From contig OY760907.1 in NCBI GenBank assembly GCA_963664195.1, positions 3,616,001 through 3,680,000 on the forward strand: DNA of 64,000 bases, in the 5' to 3' direction. The stretch's first letter is position 1. Each line of letters begins with the position of its first letter. Positions 51,658 through 62,025 of the stretch are shown in pieces. This DNA is from an uncultured candidate division Zixibacteria bacterium (GTDB taxonomy: Bacteria > Zixibacteria > MSB-5A5 > GN15 > FEB-12). The position numbers and the translations under genes are program-made. The notes under the pieces were generated by a model. It was given only the letters and a program-made list of their open reading frames with translations, was not told the DNA's origin and did no database searches.

Positions 51658-53397
51658 ATGACTCGAAAGAAGCTCGGAGATCTTCTCATCGAACGGGGAC
51701 ATGTAACCCCCGACCAGCTTGAAGTCGCTCTCCGCCAACAAGCTACAAGCGGCCACAGGCTCGGGAACATCCTCGTCGAAACCGGTGTAATCACCGAAGA
51801 ACAGCTCATAGACGCCATCTCGGAACGGCTGCAGATTCCCAAAGTGTCTCTCGATGCCATGGTTATAGATCCGGCCGTCATCTCCCGGGTGCCGGTCGAA
51901 GTGGCCCGACGGTACACTCTGCTGCCGGTTTTCGCTATTGGCAACACTGTCACGCTGGCCATGGCCGATCCGCTCAATTTTATAGCCATTGATGAGATCA
52001 AGTACCATACCCGGTGCGAAGTCAAGCGCGCGATCGCAACTATCACCGAGATCAATCAGGCCATTGATCAGTACTACTCCATCGCCGACTCTCTCGAAGG
52101 GATCATGGGGGTTGGCAGCACAAGCGCGGATGCCCTGATTGCCGACGCTATCGCTCTGGAGGAGGCGGCAGAGGCCGAAACGCCGATTGTCAAACTGGTC
52201 AACCTGATCATAACTAAGGCGGTCAAGGACCGTGCCAGTGATATTCACATCGAACCCGACGAAAATACGATCCGGGTCAGATACCGGGTAAGCGGCATCA
52301 TGCGCGAAGAGGCGTCCCCTCCCAAATCGATGCAGAAGGAACTGATTTCCAGAATCAAGATAGCAGCCGACCTCGACGTCTCCGAAAAACGTCTCCCCCA
52401 GGACGGCCGCATTATCATGAATGTCGACAACTCACCTGTGGATCTTCGTATCTCTACGCTGCCGACAATTCACGGCGAGAAAATCGTCATTAGAATTCTG
52501 GACCGTCGCAATCTGCTCCTGTCATTCCGCGAGCTTGGCTTCCAGGATGATCTGACCGAGGCGTGGTCGAACCTGATTCATAAACCGGAAGGTCTCGTGT
52601 TGATATCCGGTCCCACTTCCAGCGGCAAGACATCGACGTTGTACTCGACACTGCAGGACATCAACTCGATAGAGAAGAACATCATCACCGTTGAGGATCC
52701 TGTGGAGTATTCTCTTCCGCTCATCAACCAGATTCAGATAAACGAAAAGGCTGGCCTGACTTTCCCAACCAGTCTCAGAGCCATCCTGCGCCAGAACCCG
52801 GACATCATCATGATTGGTGAAATCCGCGACACGGAAACGGCCGTCATGGCAATTCGGTCCTCGCTGACCGGCCACCTGGTTTTCTCCACTCTGCACACTA
52901 ACGACGCTCCCTCGGCGGTCACCCGCCTGATCGACATGGGAATCGAGAATTATCTTGTCGTTTCTGCACTCAAGGGCGTGCTGGCTCAGCGACTCGTTCG
53001 GGTCAACTGTCCTTCCTGCATTGAAGCCTATCAACCGTCGGATACTATCATGCGGCGATCAGGACTAAGCAGCATTGCCGATTCAATTGAGTTCAGGAGA
53101 GGCGGCGGCTGCACCCATTGCAAAGGTACCGGCTTCAAGGGGATGGTCGGCGTCTTTGAATACCTGAGAATAACGCCAGCCATCACCGATCTCATCCTTC
53201 GCGGCGGCTCGCTCAACGAAATCAGGGCTGAGGGTCGACGCAGCGGTTATGTGCCCCTTTTTGAAGCCGGGCTGGAAGAGGTCAAGCGCGGCATTGTCTG
53301 CCTCGAGGAACTCCTGCGCGAGACTTCCAATATCGAAGACTATACATATGGCGCCGACACCGTGATCAATGAGCAGGTAAATGTCGCAGCAGTTTGA
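51658..53397 (+). CDS. pilB: type IV pilus/T2SS assembly ATPase (PilB/GspE) with MshEN N-terminus
   Basis: KLGDLL...RLGNILV, ASDIHIEP, LPQDGR, GPTSSGKT, TVEDPVE, GEIRD and Cys motif. Confidence 0.93.
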   Translation: MTRKKLGDLLIERGHVTPDQLEVALRQQATSGHRLGNILVETGVITEEQLIDAISERLQIPKVSLDAMVIDPAVISRVPVEVARRYTLLPVFAIGNTVTLAMADPLNFIAIDEIKYHTRCEVKRAIATITEINQAIDQYYSIADSLEGIMGVGSTSADALIADAIALEEAAEAETPIVKLVNLIITKAVKDRASDIHIEPDENTIRVRYRVSGIMREEASPPKSMQKELISRIKIAADLDVSEKRLPQDGRIIMNVDNSPVDLRISTLPTIHGEKIVIRILDRRNLLLSFRELGFQDDLTEAWSNLIHKPEGLVLISGPTSSGKTSTLYSTLQDINSIEKNIITVEDPVEYSLPLINQIQINEKAGLTFPTSLRAILRQNPDIIMIGEIRDTETAVMAIRSSLTGHLVFSTLHTNDAPSAVTRLIDMGIENYLVVSALKGVLAQRLVRVNCPSCIEAYQPSDTIMRRSGLSSIADSIEFRRGGGCTHCKGTGFKGMVGVFEYLRITPAITDLILRGGSLNEIRAEGRRSGYVPLFEAGLEEVKRGIVCLEELLRETSNIEDYTYGADTVINEQVNVAAV

Positions 53398-54595
53398 ATA
53401 CAAGGCCGTCGCGCCTGACGGCAGCCACCGAAAAGGCACCATCAACGCGGCAGAAGTTGCCACAGTTGAGCAGTTTCTCAGCGATCAGAAGCTGATCCCT
53501 ATCGACATCAAGCCGCTATCCGAGAAACAACCCGGATCGATTTTTGGCTTCATGAAGGGCAGTGACTACGAAAATCTGATTATGTTCACTACCAGCCTCG
53601 GCACCATGCACCGTGCCGGTATTCCCCTGCTCAGAGCGCTCACGGTGATCCGGATAGGCCCGGAGAACGGACGGTTCAATCTGGTCATCGACAAACTGCG
53701 GAGCGAAATCCAATCCGGCCGCATGTTGTCAGAATCGATGAGAGACTATCCGGACATTTTCTCCAAAGTGTACATCAACTGCGTCAACGCGGGCGAAGAG
53801 TCCGGTCAATTGGATGTGATCCTCGACGAGCTGGCGGTCATGCTTGAACGAGAGATGGAACTGACGCGTCAGTTGAAGGCGGGAGTCCGCTACCCGATAA
53901 TGGTCATCAGCGCAATTGTTGCCGCCTTCTTCGTACTGATCAATTTCGTGGTCCCGCGGTTCGCTTCGTTCTATTCGGCGTTTGACTCGGAGTTGCCGCT
54001 CCCCACACGGATCATCATGGCGACCAGCGATTTCTGCACCACATATTGGCCCGTCATGCTGTTCCTCGGAGTCGGTGCGGTGTTTGGCCTCAGAATGCTT
54101 CTGAGAAACGAGAGCAGCCGTCTCTGGATTGACAGCAAGATGCTCAAGATACCGATTGTCGGAGATCTGATGATACGGGGAAACGTTGCTCGTTTCTCAT
54201 TGATGTTCCGCATCATGATCGGAGCCGGTCTCCCAATCGTCAAATCTGTCGAGATCCTCGCAGACGCCGTGAAAAACGCCGCTATCGGTGCCGAGATTCG
54301 TATGCTTGGGGACCTGTTCCGGCGAGGCAAGGATGTCAATCTCGGGACGGACAAATTCAACTTCTTCCCTATCCAAGCCCTTCACATGCTCGCCATCGGT
54401 CTGGAGTCAGGAAACCTCGATGATATGCTCAAGGAAATCGGGACCCATTATACCAAACAAGTGCTCTACACTTCCCGACAGCTCACGGCCATAATCGAAC
54501 CGATTCTGACCCTGGTAATGGGTGTCTTCGTGCTCATTCTCGCACTGGCTATATTCCTGCCAATGTGGAACTTGATTCAGGTTTTCAAGGGGTAG
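53381..54595 (+). CDS. pilC: type II secretion F family platform protein (PilC/GspF)
   Basis: AGIPLLRAL, AGEESGQL, VRYP, VVPRF and IEPIL...IFLPMW. Confidence 0.93.
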   Translation: MSQQFEYKAVAPDGSHRKGTINAAEVATVEQFLSDQKLIPIDIKPLSEKQPGSIFGFMKGSDYENLIMFTTSLGTMHRAGIPLLRALTVIRIGPENGRFNLVIDKLRSEIQSGRMLSESMRDYPDIFSKVYINCVNAGEESGQLDVILDELAVMLEREMELTRQLKAGVRYPIMVISAIVAAFFVLINFVVPRFASFYSAFDSELPLPTRIIMATSDFCTTYWPVMLFLGVGAVFGLRMLLRNESSRLWIDSKMLKIPIVGDLMIRGNVARFSLMFRIMIGAGLPIVKSVEILADAVKNAAIGAEIRMLGDLFRRGKDVNLGTDKFNFFPIQALHMLAIGLESGNLDDMLKEIGTHYTKQVLYTSRQLTAIIEPILTLVMGVFVLILALAIFLPMWNLIQVFKG

Positions 54596-54676
54596 GCCGG
54601 TTAAGAGAACCCAGCTTTCAGCCGAAACAAAAGATATATAGTTTTTTTGGGTAAATACGCGCTATAAGGAGGCGTC

Positions 54677-55108
54677 ATGCGTTTCTCAAGAGTCTCAGAC
54701 CAGAGCGGTTTTACGCTTATCGAGATCGTAATCATCATTGTTGTACTCGGCATTCTGGCCGCAGTGGCCATTCCCAAGTATCAGGACATCACCGGCGAGG
54801 CCAAAGAGGCCGCCTGCCGTGCTTCGCTGGGCAGCCTGCGTTCCGGCATAACAATTTACTATGCCAACGCAGCCGTGACCACTGGTACCGCCACCTGGCC
54901 GACCCTCAGCGATCTGGAAACCTACGGCACGGTGATGGCCCAGGGTATCCCGAAGAATCCATACGTGGCTGATGCCGCCGCCCCGGATTCAATCGTCACA
55001 GGTGTAACCAAAGGCACTGTCGTGGGCACTCGCGGTGGCTGGGCATACAGCCCCACAACCGGCGAAATCTGGCCCAACGACAGCACCGCCAGTGCAAACA
55101 ATTGGTAG
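54677..55108 (+). CDS. type IV pilin (probable major pilin, MshA-like)
   Basis: QSG/FTLIEIVIIIVVLGILAAVAIPKY; AAGGAGG RBS and its own promoter-like motif. Confidence 0.9.
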   Translation: MRFSRVSDQSGFTLIEIVIIIVVLGILAAVAIPKYQDITGEAKEAACRASLGSLRSGITIYYANAAVTTGTATWPTLSDLETYGTVMAQGIPKNPYVADAAAPDSIVTGVTKGTVVGTRGGWAYSPTTGEIWPNDSTASANNW

Positions 55109-55120
55109 TCGTCGACAGGT

Positions 55121-55591
55121 ATGACTGACAAAAGAGCATGCGGTGAAGCCGGGCGCAACCAGCGCGGCTTCACCCTAATCGAGATCGTCATCATCATTGT
55201 GACCCTCGGCATCCTGGCGGCAGTGGCAGTTCCGAAATTCGCCGACATGACCAACAGTTCCAAGGTCAATGCCACGAAACAGGAGTTGACGTCGCTGAAA
55301 AGAGCGATTGTCGGCAGCCCAGAGGCGGTGGCAGGCGGCGAGTATGTCGACCGGGGTTTCGAGGGAGATGTCGGGTTTGTGCCAGCAACGCTGGCAGATC
55401 TAGCGGCGAAACCGGATTCGGTAGCAACCTATGATCAACTCACCCGACTCGGTTGGAACGGACCGTACATTGACGGGTCCAACAGTGACTACCTCACCGA
55501 CGCCTGGGGGGACAACTATGTCTTCCTGCCCGGTTCCAGGACGATTCTGTCAATCGGCGGAGGCACAGACACAATACGCGTGACGTTTTAG
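55121..55591 (+). CDS. type IV pilin-like / GspG-like pseudopilin
   Basis: QRG/FTLIE; WNGPYI and DAWGDNY GspG-like motifs. Confidence 0.88.
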   Translation: MTDKRACGEAGRNQRGFTLIEIVIIIVTLGILAAVAVPKFADMTNSSKVNATKQELTSLKRAIVGSPEAVAGGEYVDRGFEGDVGFVPATLADLAAKPDSVATYDQLTRLGWNGPYIDGSNSDYLTDAWGDNYVFLPGSRTILSIGGGTDTIRVTF

Positions 55592-55604
55592 CAGGAGCCA
55601 GACG

Positions 55605-57221
55605 ATGACCGGCCTGAAACTGTGGTCCACAAAGTCAAAAGAAGAAAGCGACCAGCAGAAGCCTGAGACCAAGGCCGCACCGGCCGCTGGTGTCGAGTGG
55701 CTGCCGCCGGGACGCCGACTGAGTTTCGGACGTCATCTTGCTTTCTCAATCGATGAAGTATCTGTGCAGATGGCTGCGGCCGCTCACCGTGGCGCAAGCG
55801 TGGTACTCCTCGCCGTCGGCAAGACCTATTTCCCGGGCAAGGAATCGGACGAAACGGCCACGAAAGAATTCCTGCTCCAGACCATCAGTTCATTCGTCGC
55901 CGAGTTCGGTGGCCGGCGACCTTCCGTTTCAATAACACTCGACGGTCCGGAAACAGCCCTTCGTTCGGTAATCATGCCGGACATGAGGCCTGCCGAACTG
56001 GCATCAGCTCTCAAGTTCGAGGCCAAACGCCAGATTCCGTTCCCGCATGATGAGTGCGAACTTGACTACCGTCGAGTGCAGAAGATCACCGACAATGAAG
56101 AAAAACGGGTCAAGATTGCGATCCTGGCCGCTACCAGGCGTCTGATACGAGAGAAACTGGAGGCATTCGACAGCCTCAATCTTGAAGTCACCTACCTGCA
56201 CCAAACGCAGGACGTCATCGGGCAGCTTCTGACGAGTCTGCCGTCGCACGACCCGAACAGCAACTACGCGCTGATCAGCATTCAGCGTCATCGCTCAGAG
56301 ATTTCATACTACCACGGCTGTAATCTCGAATTCGTTCACGTCAGCTCACTTGGCTCGGCGTTTCTTGCCAACCGCACCGACCCGACCATGTTCGAGTATT
56401 TCGCCGAATCCCTGGCGACCGAGATTCAGAACTCGCTGGATTACTACAGCGGCCAATACTCGGCGCACTTTGACAACCAGATATACGTGTACGGAGACCT
56501 TGCCTACTCCGATGACTTGGTCACTCTGCTCAACGACCGGTTCGGCTTGACATTCGTTCGTTTTCCCGCCGAACAGCTAACGTTCGTAAAGGGCACCGCG
56601 GAGGCATTTGTCGACGAATTGCCAGCCTCGCTGCCGGCAGTAGCCAGCGCCACCAGTCAAGCGCAACTCGCCAACCTGCTTCCCGAAAAACGCCGCGAGA
56701 CCTTGCAGCTTCGCAGAGTTAATCGTCTGGGTGCGGTCGCGCTGGTTGTCCTTGCCGGGCTTTTCATCGCCAGTTGGCTGGGATCAATGGCGACCACCAG
56801 ATCCGCTCAAGCAAACCTCACTGAGTTGCAGCAACAGGAAGCCAAGTTCCGCGCCTCCGAGATGTTCACCACGTACAATCATCTCAAACGCACCATTGCG
56901 GCCAACCAGTCGTTCGTCAATCGGATCAAGGAGACGCCCTCCTATCTGGGCTTGAATCTCAAGGAACTGACGCTCCTTGCTCCCAAAGCGGTCCGGCTCC
57001 AGTCGCTGGATTATCGCGACGAGGGAACTGACCGCAACTACTATATCTCCGGACTGGTCCTGACGAAGGACGTCCCGCCGGAGTTGGTTCTCGCCGAATT
57101 CGTAGAAAACCTCGAGTCGTCTCCGTTCTACGAAAAAGTCAACATCGACCGAAATGTCAAAAAGCGCGGAGATGCGATCTTCAGACTCGACTTCACTCTC
57201 AGCATGAAGGGGATCATATGA
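55605..57221 (+). CDS. PilM-PilN fusion alignment protein
   Basis: Actin-like PilM region (FEAKRQIPF..ELDY, EIQNSLDYY), NLLP motif, TM helix and PilN-like FVENLESSPFY. Confidence 0.75.
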   Translation: MTGLKLWSTKSKEESDQQKPETKAAPAAGVEWLPPGRRLSFGRHLAFSIDEVSVQMAAAAHRGASVVLLAVGKTYFPGKESDETATKEFLLQTISSFVAEFGGRRPSVSITLDGPETALRSVIMPDMRPAELASALKFEAKRQIPFPHDECELDYRRVQKITDNEEKRVKIAILAATRRLIREKLEAFDSLNLEVTYLHQTQDVIGQLLTSLPSHDPNSNYALISIQRHRSEISYYHGCNLEFVHVSSLGSAFLANRTDPTMFEYFAESLATEIQNSLDYYSGQYSAHFDNQIYVYGDLAYSDDLVTLLNDRFGLTFVRFPAEQLTFVKGTAEAFVDELPASLPAVASATSQAQLANLLPEKRRETLQLRRVNRLGAVALVVLAGLFIASWLGSMATTRSAQANLTELQQQEAKFRASEMFTTYNHLKRTIAANQSFVNRIKETPSYLGLNLKELTLLAPKAVRLQSLDYRDEGTDRNYYISGLVLTKDVPPELVLAEFVENLESSPFYEKVNIDRNVKKRGDAIFRLDFTLSMKGII

Positions 57222-57781
57222 AACAGAGGATCGCCTTCTTCGCCGGAGGGGCACTGGTACTTGTAGCCCTCTGGTTCTTCCTGATCTACGTCCCGGTCGC
57301 CAGAGAGCGAAGCAGAATCGACTCGGAAATCCAGCACACTCGGGACCAGATAGCCGATTTCAACTCCACTATTGAGTCGTTGCCCCAGTTTCTGAAGCGA
57401 TATCATGATCTGGAAGCATTCAAAGAACAGCTAAATTCTTCGCTCTATGCGAAAGGAGACATCCTCAAGCTGTTGGAAGAAATCACCCAAGACGCGGTGC
57501 AGAACAATCTCAAAATCGTCGAGATATCACCACCGGTGTCCGAATTGCTGGAGTTGAACCGTCAATCTGAAATGACCGATGATCCCCAGTTTCTTAATAT
57601 CAGGCTGGACCTCGAAGGTAACTTTGTGGACTTCGGTAAATATGTCAGTCATCTTGAGGCCACCGCATACTTCCGGAAGATCAACTTCTGTTCCGTGCGC
57701 GGGCAGCAGGAAGTACAGCCGGAACTGGATCTTTCGATCGGCTTCAGAGCCTTGATCGGCATGGCAAAAGGTGTATCATGA
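57218..57781 (+). CDS. pilO: PilO-like protein
   Basis: N-terminal TM helix, coiled coil and LEGNFVDFGKYVSHLE. Confidence 0.75.
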   Translation: MKQRIAFFAGGALVLVALWFFLIYVPVARERSRIDSEIQHTRDQIADFNSTIESLPQFLKRYHDLEAFKEQLNSSLYAKGDILKLLEEITQDAVQNNLKIVEISPPVSELLELNRQSEMTDDPQFLNIRLDLEGNFVDFGKYVSHLEATAYFRKINFCSVRGQQEVQPELDLSIGFRALIGMAKGVS

Positions 57782-58230
57782 GCGAGAAAACGCGAAAAAT
57801 CCTTATCTTCCTCACACTGCCAATAGCCTTGATCTGGGCGGCGTACAATTTCCCGTCCGGCAAGAAGACGACAAGTCAGAAGGACCACCCACCGGTCACA
57901 GAGGCGACCATACAACCCGTGTCGGCGACTGCAGGTGAACCGGACGCCCGCCTGATAAACATCGAAGACCAGACGGCAAAGAAGTGGGGGCTTGACCCGT
58001 TCCGCACCTACCTCGCGAACCGACGCGGGGGAGGCACTCCTTCTGCGCAGAGGAGTTGGAACGTGAAGGGAATCGTTTACAACCCGGCCAATCCGCTGGC
58101 TTTCGTCAACAGCAAGTCAGTGCGAGTCGGCGATACGGTCGATGACGCCCGCGTTATCTCCATAGATAAAAAATCTGTAACACTCGACTACCAGGGCCGC
58201 AAATTTACCCTGTCCGTAACCAAGGGCTAA
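57778..58230 (+). CDS. PilP/MshK/GspB-like protein
   Basis: TM helix, DPF and GIVY...AFVN...VGD.V..ARVISI. Confidence 0.7.
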   Translation: MSEKTRKILIFLTLPIALIWAAYNFPSGKKTTSQKDHPPVTEATIQPVSATAGEPDARLINIEDQTAKKWGLDPFRTYLANRRGGGTPSAQRSWNVKGIVYNPANPLAFVNSKSVRVGDTVDDARVISIDKKSVTLDYQGRKFTLSVTKG

Positions 58231-58234
58231 CTCC

Positions 58235-59521
58235 ATGAAAACCAGAATCACTCTCACTGTATTGATCTTCATCCTGATTTCCCTGCCGGCCCTGACCTCC
58301 GGCGGAATCCCGCCCGGCAAGATATCTCTGGAGCTGGAGGAAGTCCCGATCGTTGCCGTCCTGAATATGATCGCCACTCAGAACGGACTGAACGTAATCG
58401 TTTCCGGCGACGTCACAGGCAACGTCACCATGCGCCTGAACAATGTCGACGTCGAAACGGCCCTGGATGCCCTCCTGACCGCCAACGGGTACAACTTCTT
58501 CCTCAAAGATGATATCGTCGTGGTCAAACCGGCCGAGATAAATGCCGCCGGCGAACTTGACTCGCGAGTGATAACCCTCAGATACCTCGACCCGATTACG
58601 GCTCAGAAAGCACTGGATACGAGAATTTCTGAGAAGGGCAAAGTCATCATTCTGGACAAATCTTCGGAGATTGCCTCCGGAGGAAAAGCATACAGCGCAA
58701 ACCGACTGCTGATTACCGATTTCCCAAACATCCTCGACGACCTGGTCGCGCTGGTCACCGAGATGGACGTTCAGGAACGGACGATACTGATTGAAGCCAG
58801 AATAATCGAGACGACCGTCGACTCAAAAACCAATCTGGGAATCAACTGGCCAACCTCGGTCTCGGCGAATATCTCGGGCGCCGACGACGGTTCCACCACT
58901 TCGACGGAAACCAGCACAGAGAGCTCCGACGAAAACAACTCCGGCGTCTATGATCCGTCCAACGGTCGCTGGACCTGGGGGAAGCTCTCGGTCGGGGAAC
59001 TGAGCATGGTCCTGAATGCCCTTAACCAGGCGGGTAACAGCAAGCTGGTGTCCGATCCCCGGATTACCACACTGGAGAACCATGAAGCTGAATTCAAGTT
59101 TGAAACGATCATCCCGGTTCAGACGATCAACCGTTTCACCGAGGGTGCCGCAACCAGCGACATCGTCACGTTTGAAGATGAAGAGGTCGGCATCTCACTG
59201 CGGGTCACAGCGCGCATCAATGAGGGTGGCAACATCACCATGGACGTCCATCCCACAGTCGAAGACATCATAGGATACGCAGGCCCGGCAGACAGCCAGA
59301 AGCCGATCACGTCGTCAAGATCAATCCAGACACGCATTACGGTGGGTGACGGCGAGACAGTGGCGCTAGGTGGTTTGCTCAAAGAAAGCGATATCGAGAC
59401 AAATCAGAAAGTCCCTCTTCTCGGAGACATTCCCCTCTTGGGAAAACTGTTTTCAAGCAAGAAGACCGAGAAGTCATCGACCGATCTGCTCATCCTGATT
59501 ACGCCGCATATCCTGAAGTAG
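58235..59521 (+). CDS. pilQ: secretin (PilQ/GspD family)
   Basis: ILIEARIIE, DPRITTLEN, GETVALGGL, VPLLGDIPLLGKLF and LLILITPHI. Confidence 0.92.
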   Translation: MKTRITLTVLIFILISLPALTSGGIPPGKISLELEEVPIVAVLNMIATQNGLNVIVSGDVTGNVTMRLNNVDVETALDALLTANGYNFFLKDDIVVVKPAEINAAGELDSRVITLRYLDPITAQKALDTRISEKGKVIILDKSSEIASGGKAYSANRLLITDFPNILDDLVALVTEMDVQERTILIEARIIETTVDSKTNLGINWPTSVSANISGADDGSTTSTETSTESSDENNSGVYDPSNGRWTWGKLSVGELSMVLNALNQAGNSKLVSDPRITTLENHEAEFKFETIIPVQTINRFTEGAATSDIVTFEDEEVGISLRVTARINEGGNITMDVHPTVEDIIGYAGPADSQKPITSSRSIQTRITVGDGETVALGGLLKESDIETNQKVPLLGDIPLLGKLFSSKKTEKSSTDLLILITPHILK

Positions 59522-59968
59522 CTACCGGGTTGAACACATCCAGCGTTTCGAACGACTGAACAGCATCTGCAGGGCAAACGCCATTGCCGCAAGATCAAAC
59601 AGCAGAGAATCCCAGGCAGGGCCGGTCGCGCTCTGGCCAGCCTTGAAACAGCCGCAGTCGATGTCCAGCCCCCTCGCAATCGTGCTCGCCAGAGCAATGA
59701 TGAACACTACCAACAATACGTTCGACCAGAGCACCGCTCCTCGATACCAGACACCAATAATAACGGCCACTCCGATCACCAATTCGAGCATCGGCAGGAT
59801 CAGCGCCATCAGGTTGATCAACTCTCCCGGCACCATGTGGTAGTACCAGATCGATTTGGCGAACACGGCCGGATCTATGATCTTGTAGAACGACGCATAT
59901 ATCCACATGCCGCCGATAAACAGCCGTGAGAACAGGGTCAGAAAATCATTGTCGACTATCCGCCGCAT
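59522..59968 (-). CDS. MauE/DoxX family membrane protein
   Basis: KIIDP..F, LPMLEL and RGLDIDCGCF. Confidence 0.9.
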   Translation of the reverse strand: MRRIVDNDFLTLFSRLFIGGMWIYASFYKIIDPAVFAKSIWYYHMVPGELINLMALILPMLELVIGVAVIIGVWYRGAVLWSNVLLVVFIIALASTIARGLDIDCGCFKAGQSATGPAWDSLLFDLAAMAFALQMLFSRSKRWMCSTR

Positions 59969-60477
59969 TTCGCCCTCCTCTCCACTTCAAAACCGGCCTG
60001 CTCCCACTCACGGGAACCACCGAAAAAGATCATCGGATCGGTGTAGCCAAGGTCAAGGAAGTTTCGAGCCAGATGCAGCGAGAGATCACACTCTTCGCCG
60101 GAACAGAATACGATTATTGGCCGCGCCCTCTCTACTCCGCCCAGACAAGAATCGAGATAGACACCAAGGTCAACCTCGTCCGGAATGTACTCAAATGGGA
60201 TATTGATTGAACCGGGTATTGTCCCGCAGAGGAACTCCTCCGGGTCACGCGCGTCCACAAATACTGCATTGGTCGTCGCAAACTCCATCTGCGCACGATC
60301 AAGAGCAATGAACGCCGGGTCGCCAGGCTCCGCTGACGGGGGCACTACGGGACTATCACTATCAAGGTCAATCTCACGGTATTCACCAATATAGGCGATA
60401 CGGTTGTGCGACAGGAGGTTCCCCCCCAGTCCAAGAATCGTGGAAATCACAAGAAGCAGTATGAATTGCCTGATCAT
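59956..60477 (-). CDS. rhodanese-like domain protein
   Basis: FVDAR, GTIPGSINIP, VFCSG..C and GG..EW. Confidence 0.9.
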   Translation of the reverse strand: MIRQFILLLVISTILGLGGNLLSHNRIAYIGEYREIDLDSDSPVVPPSAEPGDPAFIALDRAQMEFATTNAVFVDARDPEEFLCGTIPGSINIPFEYIPDEVDLGVYLDSCLGGVERARPIIVFCSGEECDLSLHLARNFLDLGYTDPMIFFGGSREWEQAGFEVERRAKCGG

Positions 60478-60686
60478 AGTCGAAAAACACTTCCTCCGTT
60501 GTCAGCAGCGAGGGCCGGTACAATCACAGAACCGTCTGATCTAAGACGCTCGTTCCGTGCTTCTGGTTACACTGAGTCCACAGTAATACTACAATCCGGA
60601 GACAGGTTTGTTTCCGCAATTGCCAGAGAGGCAAAAAAGACCATAGCCAAAAATCTGTCAAGCCAATTCGGAGCGGCTATTCGAAC

Positions 60687-60726
60687 AAAAAGAAGGCGGA
60701 AACCGGGAGGGCTCCGGTCTCCGCCT
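60687..60726 (-). terminator. intrinsic terminator
   Basis: AGGCGGAGACCGG-AGCCCTC-CCGGTTTCCGCCT followed by TCTTTTT. Confidence 0.75.
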
Positions 60727-60785
60727 GACAATTTGTTGCGATAGGATTGGAAATATCTCGCTGTGAATTTAGGCTACCTTATCGT

Positions 60786-60965
60786 CTACTCTTGCGGGCT
60801 GACTCTGTCACCCACACGAGGAGCTACCAAAGTATGAGAACCTTTCAATATTTTTCCAACCACTGCTGCAAACTTGTTTGGAGTCAGTACCTGCAGGCCG
60901 TACAGGTGCCAGCAGTCCTTCTTGCCGGGGACTGCAAATTTCTCGGCCTCTTTTCGTCTCGGCAT
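60786..60965 (-). CDS. 59-aa hypothetical protein absent from the ORF track
   Basis: GGGGAG RBS; MPRRKEAEKFAVPGKKDCWHLYGLQVLTPNKFAAVVGKILKGSHTLVAPRVGDRVSPQE; terminator downstream. Confidence 0.55.
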   Translation of the reverse strand: MPRRKEAEKFAVPGKKDCWHLYGLQVLTPNKFAAVVGKILKGSHTLVAPRVGDRVSPQE

Positions 60966-61164
60966 AAATAACTCCCCATTTTTCCGTTTACCGTCTGCAG
61001 CTAGTCATTCTCAAATAACGTCAGAAAGCGGTAAAACAGGGTTGCCTTCAAAAACCGGTATCACCTCCTCGGAGTCGTCAGACGGACCCGATCCGCAGGC
61101 CCGGACAGCTCACTATGGTGTGCTTAGCATACGAAACTCTATAAACTAGGCGTTTGACATACAC

Positions 61165-61491
61165 CTAGCCCGTAAGAATCTTATGTAACTTCTTGATAGC
61201 ACGGTGCTTATATATATTGACGACTTGCTGGGCTATTCCCAGATTTCGAGCAATCTCTCGCTCTTTCATTCCTGCCAGAAAGGCCTTGATAACTTGCTTC
61301 TGGCGGGCCGATAGCGAGTTATTGATATGCCAGTTGAGGCGGCTGCGGAACTTCCCCGGGTTGGCCAGTGGCCTGGACTCTGCCGAAGAAATATGATACG
61401 CTGACCGCTCGTTACCGAACGACTCAAGGATAAGCTTATCCACCGTTACTTCGGCGAAATCAGACTCATTTCGTTTTCCGCTGGCAGGCAT
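61165..61491 (-). CDS. stand-alone sigma70 region-4/LuxR-type HTH protein
   Basis: LSARQKQVI...GMKEREIARNLGI.QQVV..YKHRAIKKL. Confidence 0.8.
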   Translation of the reverse strand: MPASGKRNESDFAEVTVDKLILESFGNERSAYHISSAESRPLANPGKFRSRLNWHINNSLSARQKQVIKAFLAGMKEREIARNLGIAQQVVNIYKHRAIKKLHKILTG

Positions 61492-62025
61492 CTAGTAATC
61501 CAGTTCGTACATCTCGCGGATTTCGTCCAAACGCTTCACCGTGATCGAGAACCTCTTCGCCGTCTCCTCCCTGATTTCCTCTGATGCTACACGCCGCTCG
61601 TAATCGGACAGGTCGGGTGGGAGTTTCTCGATTTCCTGCTTGTAGAAGGCCAGGATATCTTTGTGGGCCGCCTTTTTCGGGGCACTCTTCTCGGGGACGG
61701 GCGGTGACGCACTTCTCTCATACTTCTCTTGCTTGAGTTGCTCGATCCGCTCCCCCTGGGACTCGATCACGCCCGAAAGCGAATCGGTGACCGAATCGAG
61801 CAGACTGTCGCGCACCGCCAGGGATTCTACTATACTCGAATCCTGCTTCCCGACCAGGCTGGCCAATGAGTCGATCTTGCCCTGCTGCTGCTCAATCTTT
61901 GCCGCACCGACTTTCAGTCCCTCAAGACGAGACGCAGCCTCACGCTCACGATCACGGGATACCTTGACCCAGCTAATCGCGACCAACACAACTATGAGAA
62001 CAATGCCAAGAAGCAGCTTCTTCAT
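61492..62025 (-). CDS. membrane-anchored coiled-coil hypothetical protein
   Basis: N-terminal TM helix and helical body; abuts the HTH gene. Confidence 0.7.
   Translation of the reverse strand: MKKLLLGIVLIVVLVAISWVKVSRDREREAASRLEGLKVGAAKIEQQQGKIDSLASLVGKQDSSIVESLAVRDSLLDSVTDSLSGVIESQGERIEQLKQEKYERSASPPVPEKSAPKKAAHKDILAFYKQEIEKLPPDLSDYERRVASEEIREETAKRFSITVKRLDEIREMYELDY

Noticed and set aside
61055..61085. Hammerhead-like CUGACGA followed by a short stem on the minus strand
   Set aside because: The required GAAA after stem II is absent (it reads GUGA).
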